Part shown: in pieces, positions 1 to 7,793 of the stretch
Numbering within the stretch: the first letter of the stretch is position 1
How the letters are laid out: each line of letters starts with the position of its first letter
Assembly (NCBI GenBank): GCA_016933055.1
Contig: JAFGBS010000025.1
Location: forward strand, 1 to 11,198
Direction: 5' to 3'
Length of the DNA: 11,198 nucleotides
Source: Promethearchaeota archaeon
GTDB taxonomy: Archaea; Asgardarchaeota; Lokiarchaeia; Sigyniarchaeales; Promethearchaeaceae
Program-made: the position numbers and the translations under genes
The notes under the pieces: model-generated
What the model saw: only the letters and a program-made list of their open reading frames with translations
Databases searched by the model: none
Told to the model about the DNA's origin: nothing

Positions 1-24
1 ATTCTTTGGGAGAAGGGAGAAGAC

Positions 25-175
25 CGTACAGTACAAAGGAAAAAAAGGGAAAATTTTACCGATTAGCTTCGGTAAAAAAAGATTAATCCGCCAAAACGCG
101 TCCCGATTTTTGAGGGAATTGTGTAGATTTTTTGACTAGCATCATAGAGTGTTAGCGTTATCACCCGACAAATGA
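25..175 (+). repeat. Left degenerate terminal inverted repeat
   Basis: 60-112 aligns ungapped to the reverse complement of 11085-11137 at 42/53 identities. Further collinear matches: CGTACAGTA 25-33 = rc 11187-11195 (9/9); 144-160 vs rc 11050-11067 (14/18, one gap); GACAAATGA 167-175 = rc 11034-11042 (9/9). Confidence 0.85.
54..77. repeat. 9-6-9 perfect palindrome TTTTACCGA-ttagct-TCGGTAAAA inside the left terminal repeat
   Basis: Arms 54-62 and 69-77 are perfectly complementary. The arm core TTACCGA is the same as in the iteron copies at 360-368 and 368-376. Confidence 0.7.
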
Positions 176-266
176 GTAGTTTCCGCCCAATTCGATATTT
201 GTGGGCTTTTTAGATGAAATGTCGGTATTGTCCCGTGTTTTATCTAAGGCATCTTTGTGAAATCAA

Positions 267-566
267 AATTACCCGAAATTACCGGTGAAAGTAATTTCTA
301 CGCTAAGGAGAAGTCCCAAATACCTAAGAAGATGTTCAGTTGAGTAAGATGAAGTTAAAAATTACCGAATTACCGAAATTACCGCCAAAATCAAGTATTT
401 ATTTTACAATAATAATACTGTGTAATTAGATTTCTATAGGAACGAATGGTAATTTGGTAATTATTAGAGATTATAGATATTAGTAATCAGTAGATATTTA
501 GAATGGAGTAAAAGATTACTGTTCGATTGGTAATTCTATGGTAATTGATGGTAATTACTTACCATC
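267..566. promoter_or_regulatory. Iteron-like repeat array, candidate replication origin
   Basis: AATTACC starts at 267, 277, 360, 368 and 377; its inverse GGTAATT starts at 448, 456, 529, 540 and 550. The centre (~391-447) is AT-rich. Perfect 8-bp inverted pairs lie at 275-282/291-298 and 547-554/559-566. No ORF covers the region. Confidence 0.65.
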
Positions 567-601
567 TTCATAGTTACGCAGTGGGTTCAGTAAGTTTTCC
601 T

Positions 602-1051
602 CTATTCTTCTTTTAATTCCTTCATTCGTTTATTAATCAAATAACTCAATTCTTCCTATTCTTCAATTTTCTCGGATTTAATCTTTTGAGAAATCGAATT
701 TTTCGAGTCATTTATTAATGCAACACTAATTTGATTACTGACTTGAGTTTTGAATTCTTCTAATTTTTTATCAGCCAGAATATACGAGATTTTTCCATCT
801 CTGAGGAAGAACACACGGTCTGCTATAATTTTGAAATCAGGATCATGAGTTACAACGATGATGGTCATGGAAAGATGATCCTTGTGTAAGTCAGTAATCA
901 AGTTCAGAATTTTTTCTTTGTTTTCTGAATCCAATTCACCGGTAGGTTCATCAGATAATAAAACTTCTGGTTCTTTCACTGCAACTCGGATAAGTGCAAA
1001 TCTTTGTTGATCTCCACCTGAAAGTTGGTCTGGATAATGGTGCAAACGATT
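602..1051 (-). pseudogene. 5'-truncated ABC transporter ATP-binding protein (LolD/MacB-like), C-terminal half only
   Basis: It has the ABC signature LSGGDQQR, Walker B/D-loop VLLSDEPTGELD and H-loop VVTHD, but no Walker A or Q-loop. The frame is closed upstream by TGA after ESNRLINRL. After the TAG at 656-658 the same frame continues EELSYLINKRMKELKEE to a TAG at 602-604. Confidence 0.85.
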
Positions 1052-1080
1052 TATTAAACGATTGGATTCTCAAAAACAAG

Positions 1081-1084
1081 GGAG
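1081..1084 (+). promoter_or_regulatory. Shine-Dalgarno-like GGAG for ATG 1094
   Basis: GGAG lies 9 nt upstream of the ATG at 1094. Confidence 0.4.
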
Positions 1085-1093
1085 TACATAAAT

Positions 1094-1439
1094 ATGCTTA
1101 AATCAAAAATAACTCCTGATTTAATCAAAGAATTTCAAAGAGGAGGGAAAGCATATTTTTTTGACTGATTTAATAAATGAAGGATTTTGTGACAATATTA
1201 GTTCCGTATGGGTATATCCCTCATGTAGAACCGAAGAAGGCAATACGAAGGGGTGTGTGGTATGTTTCCATCCCCCGTCATCATTATTAGGCGAAATTAC
1301 GAACAAAGCAGTCCATGATAACGAGAAATTACGAGCCATAAATCGTGTCGGAAATCCCTCTATTACTTGGGAACCATTTCGACTATATATATCAGACTTA
1401 AACTCCTCAGAAGTATACTTGAAAATACATCAGTTCTAA
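1094..1439 (+). pseudogene. Small hypothetical gene (~114 aa) split by a frameshift in a T7 homopolymer
   Basis: ATG 1094 reads MLKSKITPDLIKEFQRGGKAYFFD*. Removing one T from the run at 1156-1162 fuses it to the called 1161-1439 ORF (…KAYFLTDLINEGFCDN…). No family recognised. Confidence 0.5.
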
Positions 1440-1584
1440 AGTTAGATATAAAAAATTGGCTGGATTATAATGCTTCGTTAACGTATTGGCTTTTTCACCA
1501 GCAGAATCTTAGGACTGAAGGCAGATTATAGAAAAAAGAAGTGTTTGTGGTCATACATTTATGCCTTTTTAAACAAATATTCAG

Positions 1585-1596
1585 AAAAAATGAAAA
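1585..1596 (-). terminator. Possible archaeal-type oligo-T terminator of the giant gene
   Basis: The minus strand reads TTTTCATTTTTT shortly after the stop codon at 1607-1609. Confidence 0.3.
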
Positions 1597-1606
1597 TTTT
1601 TTTATT

Positions 1607-4600
1607 TTAGTAGTCATCTCTTATTCGGTCTTGCCAATCAACTTCAGGATATTTTTTTAGATATTTCCATCGAACTGCATTTCCTAACGCATAGAAACCT
1701 CTATAAAAAGGTGTCAATCCTCCCAGTAATGCTGTGGCTACATATGCCATTCCTAAAGCAAATTCATCTCTGGAACAATAGAGAAAACCGGCACCCATCC
1801 AACCATACGGTAATCTACTAAGACTTATCCACATGAAACCGAATCCTCGTAATGAGAAACAATTACCCGATATTATCATCCAATTATACCACAAAGGATT
1901 AAGTATTCTTGAAAATTTCCCTTCAGACTCCAAGAAGAAATGATATATATTCAACAGTCTTAAAAATGTTCCGACCGAAAACTCGTGGAGTAAATTAACA
2001 TCACCATCAAACAAATTTCGATATCTTGCATTATATATCAACCCAATATTAGGTACACCTACAACCATAACAGCTGTCAATAAAGTGAAATACACTGAGG
2101 AATAGGTTTGCGGAACTTTATTTGGTGCTCTTAGATATCCACTAGCTTGTCCGTCTAAGAAGAAAGAGTCATCCATAGTATTATCTCTTCTACACTCGTA
2201 ACACACCAACGGAAAAATTTGTGCGTCTTTGCAATCAACTACACCGACATGGTTTCCACCATATCCCGCAGTCCATAGTGCAGATACTTCTAATGGTCGT
2301 AATATTTGCCATGAGTTCACCCACCATCCATAATCACGAGAGAATTCACTAGATCCGTGAGCTTCTACCCACATAGACACCAAATCGTTCTTATATATAA
2401 CTCCACCATACATGACATCTTGACAAGCGTCACGAATAATTTCTGTTATAATACTTTTAGTATAGGGTTCTGTAGTTCCCACAACATAGTAATTATCTAT
2501 AAATATCGAATTTGTAACCCCCGTTAGACCTTGGACGAACCAAGTATCACGATAGTGATTCCACATAAATTGTGGTTGTCCTAAACGATTCGCCATTGTT
2601 TCATAATCTGAATCTGCATATAATGAAATATGCCAATATCTCTCTTCATACGTTAATGATTGACTTATGGTTTGAGGATTAATTTGAATCGGTGTATAAA
2701 TTGCAGAATTATTATTACATGCAGTATATTCTGATTCTAACGATCCAAGTGTTGTATTATAGATACCCACAGTAATATAATAATAAGCTGTGGTGTTAAA
2801 TGCTTGAACCATTGTACTATTTTCAACCGTTGTTTCTATTGGTTTTAGACCGATCGTAGAATTTATAGGTGATTCACTTGAATATATACGATATACTAAT
2901 ACATTTTCGGACATATTATACCATGTATTACTAATAAATGTGCTATTCATATCGTTCCATGTAAAGTTTAACTTGCCGAAACATTGTTCATACGTTTCCC
3001 ATTCATAGGTCGCGTAGGTCCTGAGTCCATAAATTGCTGTATAATTATCTTCACCTGTAACATTTCCGGCATATCCTCTAATGCGTATTCTAAAATCATC
3101 CCAATCATCAAGACTGACGTTCCAATTTGATGTGTCTATGGTAAGATTGTGCCATGTTAAAGTGGTATTTCCGATACCGGAAATCAAATCGACGTATTCA
3201 TGCCACGTTTCACCGTCATATAACATACATTCTAAACTTCCGGTGTTGTTACCTTCCTTACCATAAACTTCTACCGTAATATTCATTATTGGGTATGTAG
3301 TGTTCAAATTGGTGTCAACATCTTGTAATTCGAACGTTTGTTCATCACCATCCGTGGTATCAGTATATATATATGTCGAATTGTCCAAAAATCCTACCTC
3401 ATTAATTGTCATATATTTATCCAATTCGCCGTAATACTCATATCCTACCTTAATTCTCACAGAATACACAAACACAGGATGAAAGTTTTTCTGTATCCAT
3501 AATTCAAAATAATCATCGAATTCATCAATTGTTTTATTTTGATCGAATTGATCGGTCCACTGACTATCTTCATTTGTTAATGTATATGATTCGCAAACAG
3601 TTTCACCTTCATCTCTTAGAAAATAATCCATGCTTGTGTCAAAATTTGATTTTGTCCCATGATCGTTGAATCGTATATATGGTGTAATTCTTGATGAGGT
3701 GATTCCATTTTCATATCCAATCCATGACATTGTGACATTCTTCACAATAGCAGATCCATTATTCAACCCTTGAATTTCATCAAAAGACAATTCAAGATAA
3801 CAAGAATCATACCAATACGGACTTGCATATTCATATATATAATCGGTTGTGTCATTCCAATCATCAATTACTGTATAATGTCCACTATTATTCGTGGCAC
3901 CGTTATTATAAATCCCATCATAAAAATCCCATTCTCGATTATATGATAGATAAGACATATACGAACTGGTTGGATACATCCATTCAGTTTCACCGGATAC
4001 CCATTCTTCACTTGTTACTGTTTTCCAATCAGTTGGAGTATCATAACTATAATCTATTTCAGAAACATATACCTCTGACAAATAACAAGTGTATCCGTCA
4101 TCTCTCGTAGATTCATATTGCACTAACAAATCATCATTGAAATCTTCAATCGTGAGTGATCCAAAATCCGCACTTGTAAATTCATAAGTTTTAGTGACAG
4201 AGGTTCCGGAAGCTCCTCCCATAATAGTTTTCCAATCAGTCCAAGATCCCCCTATATAAACTTTTAATCTCAAAGGATGATTCGCGCTATATATCGCAAA
4301 TTTCGTTGTTATTGTGAAACTATCAAGATCATAGGAAGAATCTATCGTGGAATTCTCAAAACTATATTCTTCAATACTAGCAACTGAACCAGAATTATCC
4401 ATTATGAACCCAGTTGATTGTGTCAAACTAGTATAATGATTAATTGAATCTCCTCCGTTTTGTAACACCCAATCATTCGGACTCGTATCTCCATCGACAT
4501 GATATAGCGTTGTATCAGTGCCACTTCCGGAATAGAATTCTTCACCAGATACATATTTATATCCCGTGTTTGTGACTCCTCTTAACACTTCATAATCGAT

Positions 4601-7369
4601 CTCCTCATATTGAAAATCTGTTACCTCTGGAAGACCAAAGTCTTTCAATATTGTTTCAGAATTTGAAATTAAAGACCATTTATTATTGAATTTGCATGTG
4701 ACTGCATAATGATAATATCCTTCCATTAAATTAAAAGTGTCAATATTATGAGCTATATCACCAAGATCATATACTTCTTCTGTCACTGGATCAAGCATTT
4801 CTGGTGTATATGAATCAATATAAATTTTATAATCACATCCGGTATAATCCGTAGTTATATATGTATGTGTGATTTGGTGATGATTTGTATCAACTATTAC
4901 ATTACTTGACAATATCTCATCATCGATATAAAACGAAGCATTATTTGTATATGTTGTAGAGTTGTAATATTCGAAATCGTATACCACAGTGAGTAGGTAC
5001 CATTGATTTTCATTAACACCGCTATTCAAAGTTGTATATCCGTGAGTATAATCGTACGACGTCCAATTATAGTTTTTTGTTCCAAATCCTAAAAGCTTCG
5101 TGGTACCATTATATATGTCTATAAAATTTTCAGTTGAATTATCCGTTGTCATAAACCAAGTTTGAACAAAAGAACGATTGGTTTCTATTGACTGATTCAC
5201 ATTCATTACCCAATTACCAGTATTCGAATTATCAAATATTTCATACACCTTTTTATGATCTTCGTGACTCGAAATCACTTTCTGAGTACCAGAAGTGCTA
5301 TTTATTATATCAAATTCTTCTGGTTTAGATCCTAATTCATCTCGATAAAATGTGTGGCGTCCTTTATAATTTCCGTAGTCAAATTCGTCAATAAATCCAG
5401 AATAAACATTACTAGTTGATTCTTCAAACATAAAAGCTTTATTTATATTGTCGACTGTTATATCCTCGCTATAAAGATAATATCTCCAAACTTCTGGTTG
5501 TTCATATTCGGTAATATCATCAACCACATAATAATGGTGAGTATTGTTTTCCCATGATATATCAATCGAATCGACATACGCGTGGTAATTATATCGTGAA
5601 GATCCAGAACGAACTCCGATTATGTTGATATTGGTGATTGAGTTTGCCAAATTATCTCCAGTTTCATATAGAGTATCATTAACATAGAAACTAACAGATT
5701 GATCGCTTTCAAATATGATTTTAAAAACATACCAGGTATTATCTGAAGGTGTTCCAATACCACTATGATATTCATATCCACTACTATCATAAGATCGGAA
5801 ATTCCCAGATTCCACACCAAATTCGGCTGCCAACGTGGTTCCATCTAATATACGAATATAGACCGCTTTATCATTATCTGGTACTATTCCCAACATTTCA
5901 ACAGTTCCGCTATCGGTTTCAATACAACCATGACTAGCTTGTACTGATCCACCAGAGGATGTGTCATATATATCCATTAGATTATTATGTCCATCATAAC
6001 TTGAAATAATACTTGTTGTCCCATACGTCTCGGTTTCATCCCAATCCGAAATTGAAGAATCAATTGTGTTATTCCAAAAGGTATATACTCCTTGATAATG
6101 CCCTCTTCCTTCTTCCCATTCAGCATCTATTTCTAAATCCATACCATCTTGTGTTAGTTCAATAATAGGTGCTGATAATGGATTGATAATAATTTCTATA
6201 CTCTCATAATTAGAAATCTCACTTGATCCCGTCCCGTTTACCGCTGTCACGGCATAATAATATGTATCATTCGATATTATTGTTTGATCTATATATTCAG
6301 TTTCTTCAGTTTCCCATATTTTTGTCGCTGAAGTAACACTGGTGATTTCTGAAAGACTTCTATATACCTTATAATAAGTGGCACCGTCCTCATCACTCCA
6401 ATTTAAAGATACTTCTCCCTCTACACCTGTTTCTTCAAGATCATCTAAGGTAGGAGGATCTGGTGGAAAATATTCGATATCATCGTCCGCTGGTACATAT
6501 ATTGAACTCCTTGGAATACTACTCTCGTCACTGTATTTGCTTAGAAGATTACCCATCTTCAGATCATAATCAGATTTTAAAGTATCCGCATTATTTACTT
6601 CTTCCCATGCTCTTTCAACACCCACAGTCTCATGTTCAGAAAACGTAGGATGAAAATCTATATATGTAGCATCAACTAATTTTCCCCCAAAATACAAAGC
6701 ATAAGGATCTGATTTTTTATCACCACTGTTTTTTAGATCATCTATTCCCATATTATATATTTCATACATTCTGATTTTATTATTAGCGTCACAAAACTCT
6801 AATACAGTATAGGTTAAACGTATTTCAATTGTCGCGCTCGTACCTCTAATAGAATCATAACATGATATATCGTAGTAAAACAGATCACCCGATTCAGTGA
6901 ATTTTCTTTCGCTAGACACTATAGGAATCACATACAATTGCCAACCATATCCGATAAAAACATCAAATTCAAACTCATTTAAACTATGTTGTCGCATATG
7001 TATTCGGATATCTGTTAAAGGTGATTTTCTATAATCCATATTTGCAAAATGTCTTAACATTTCGTGATTAGCTTTAGTCCCCTCATATAAAGATGGATTG
7101 TCCGACTCCCATATAATTTCACCATTAGGTCGATTAAGTGTTTCTGGTTCTCGAAACACATCAACATTTATTCTATTTTTATCACTTGAACCTCCAACAT
7201 AATGAAGAGTAACTTCTCCACTCTGAATTGATTGTGCCAAAAGCGATAATGTTTTTGTATCTGTTTTAACTGTAGTTGGTATAAAAAAAGTTAATACACC
7301 ACCAGTCGATAACAACATTATTCCTATGAAAAAAACCGAACTTATTTTCAGTTTTGTCTTATTTAACAT
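1607..7369 (-). CDS. 1920-aa secreted or surface glycoprotein: signal peptide/N-terminal TM, FN3-like domains, two concanavalin/LamG-like repeats, three further beta-sandwich repeats, C-terminal clan-CD-like cysteine peptidase and hydrophobic tail
   Basis: Uninterrupted 5763-bp frame with a basic then hydrophobic N-terminus. A canonical FN3 lies at aa ~302-393 (VSLNW…YYKVYRS…YYYAVTAVN…SEISN). There are about 36 N-x-S/T sequons. SMWVEAHGS (H1671) and AQIFPLVC (C1723) mark the peptidase. SD GAGGT is present upstream. Confidence 0.95.
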   Translation of the reverse strand: MLNKTKLKISSVFFIGIMLLSTGGVLTFFIPTTVKTDTKTLSLLAQSIQSGEVTLHYVGGSSDKNRINVDVFREPETLNRPNGEIIWESDNPSLYEGTKANHEMLRHFANMDYRKSPLTDIRIHMRQHSLNEFEFDVFIGYGWQLYVIPIVSSERKFTESGDLFYYDISCYDSIRGTSATIEIRLTYTVLEFCDANNKIRMYEIYNMGIDDLKNSGDKKSDPYALYFGGKLVDATYIDFHPTFSEHETVGVERAWEEVNNADTLKSDYDLKMGNLLSKYSDESSIPRSSIYVPADDDIEYFPPDPPTLDDLEETGVEGEVSLNWSDEDGATYYKVYRSLSEITSVTSATKIWETEETEYIDQTIISNDTYYYAVTAVNGTGSSEISNYESIEIIINPLSAPIIELTQDGMDLEIDAEWEEGRGHYQGVYTFWNNTIDSSISDWDETETYGTTSIISSYDGHNNLMDIYDTSSGGSVQASHGCIETDSGTVEMLGIVPDNDKAVYIRILDGTTLAAEFGVESGNFRSYDSSGYEYHSGIGTPSDNTWYVFKIIFESDQSVSFYVNDTLYETGDNLANSITNINIIGVRSGSSRYNYHAYVDSIDISWENNTHHYYVVDDITEYEQPEVWRYYLYSEDITVDNINKAFMFEESTSNVYSGFIDEFDYGNYKGRHTFYRDELGSKPEEFDIINSTSGTQKVISSHEDHKKVYEIFDNSNTGNWVMNVNQSIETNRSFVQTWFMTTDNSTENFIDIYNGTTKLLGFGTKNYNWTSYDYTHGYTTLNSGVNENQWYLLTVVYDFEYYNSTTYTNNASFYIDDEILSSNVIVDTNHHQITHTYITTDYTGCDYKIYIDSYTPEMLDPVTEEVYDLGDIAHNIDTFNLMEGYYHYAVTCKFNNKWSLISNSETILKDFGLPEVTDFQYEEIDYEVLRGVTNTGYKYVSGEEFYSGSGTDTTLYHVDGDTSPNDWVLQNGGDSINHYTSLTQSTGFIMDNSGSVASIEEYSFENSTIDSSYDLDSFTITTKFAIYSANHPLRLKVYIGGSWTDWKTIMGGASGTSVTKTYEFTSADFGSLTIEDFNDDLLVQYESTRDDGYTCYLSEVYVSEIDYSYDTPTDWKTVTSEEWVSGETEWMYPTSSYMSYLSYNREWDFYDGIYNNGATNNSGHYTVIDDWNDTTDYIYEYASPYWYDSCYLELSFDEIQGLNNGSAIVKNVTMSWIGYENGITSSRITPYIRFNDHGTKSNFDTSMDYFLRDEGETVCESYTLTNEDSQWTDQFDQNKTIDEFDDYFELWIQKNFHPVFVYSVRIKVGYEYYGELDKYMTINEVGFLDNSTYIYTDTTDGDEQTFELQDVDTNLNTTYPIMNITVEVYGKEGNNTGSLECMLYDGETWHEYVDLISGIGNTTLTWHNLTIDTSNWNVSLDDWDDFRIRIRGYAGNVTGEDNYTAIYGLRTYATYEWETYEQCFGKLNFTWNDMNSTFISNTWYNMSENVLVYRIYSSESPINSTIGLKPIETTVENSTMVQAFNTTAYYYITVGIYNTTLGSLESEYTACNNNSAIYTPIQINPQTISQSLTYEERYWHISLYADSDYETMANRLGQPQFMWNHYRDTWFVQGLTGVTNSIFIDNYYVVGTTEPYTKSIITEIIRDACQDVMYGGVIYKNDLVSMWVEAHGSSEFSRDYGWWVNSWQILRPLEVSALWTAGYGGNHVGVVDCKDAQIFPLVCYECRRDNTMDDSFFLDGQASGYLRAPNKVPQTYSSVYFTLLTAVMVVGVPNIGLIYNARYRNLFDGDVNLLHEFSVGTFLRLLNIYHFFLESEGKFSRILNPLWYNWMIISGNCFSLRGFGFMWISLSRLPYGWMGAGFLYCSRDEFALGMAYVATALLGGLTPFYRGFYALGNAVRWKYLKKYPEVDWQDRIRDDY

Positions 7370-7375
7370 TTTGTA

Positions 7376-7380
7376 ACCTC
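7376..7380 (-). promoter_or_regulatory. Shine-Dalgarno GAGGT of the giant gene
   Basis: The minus strand reads GAGGT-tacaaa-ATG (6-nt spacer). Confidence 0.6.
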
Positions 7381-7401
7381 ATTTTTTTTTACATACACTG
7401 T

Positions 7402-7469
7402 ATTTTGAGGAAACTGTATTCTTGGTAATCTTGATTTATTTCCCTCAAAATGTGAATGCATAATGCATT
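7402..7469. promoter_or_regulatory. Operator-like inverted repeats upstream of the giant gene
   Basis: ATTTTGAGG 7402-7410 pairs with CCTCAAAAT 7443-7451. AATGCA-taa-TGCATT lies at 7455-7469. Confidence 0.35.
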
Positions 7470-7764
7470 TCACTATTAAATATGAAAAAATAGAAAATTT
7501 ATTGTGATATATTGTGTCAAATATTGAGCCAAATTGAAATGGACAAAAATATGATTTTATTGTAAAATACCGACTAAAATCTTAATTCTCACATATGTTT
7601 CAAGTAACTTGATATGTAATGAAGCGTCCCATACTTATTTCCTCGATATATTTTTAATGAATTTAATTAGCCGTGAGATTTATTTCAATCATATTAAAAT
7701 CGATTCTTACTTAAGTGGGTAAGAATGTGTGACATTTCAAGAATATTTGTATCTCAGTACGAGA

Positions 7765-7770
7765 TTTAAA
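7765..7770 (+). promoter_or_regulatory. TATA-like box for a possibly leaderless transcript of ORF 7794
   Basis: TTTAAA lies at -29 to -24 relative to ATG 7794, the usual archaeal TATA spacing. The region is AT-rich, so chance is plausible. Confidence 0.3.
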
Positions 7771-7793
7771 TTGAAGTACTATTTAGTAAAATT

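Noticed and set aside
267-566. CRISPR array
   Set aside because: The repeats are only 7-9 bp, irregularly spaced and switch orientation.
1121-1339. 72-aa minus-strand ORF
   Set aside because: It is antisense to the + strand gene that has an SD and ATG.
3081-6648. Short ORFs 3081-3266, 3823-4110, 5620-5844, 5749-5937, 6378-6569 and 6463-6648
   Set aside because: They are antisense or alternate-frame shadows lying entirely within the giant gene, with atypical composition.
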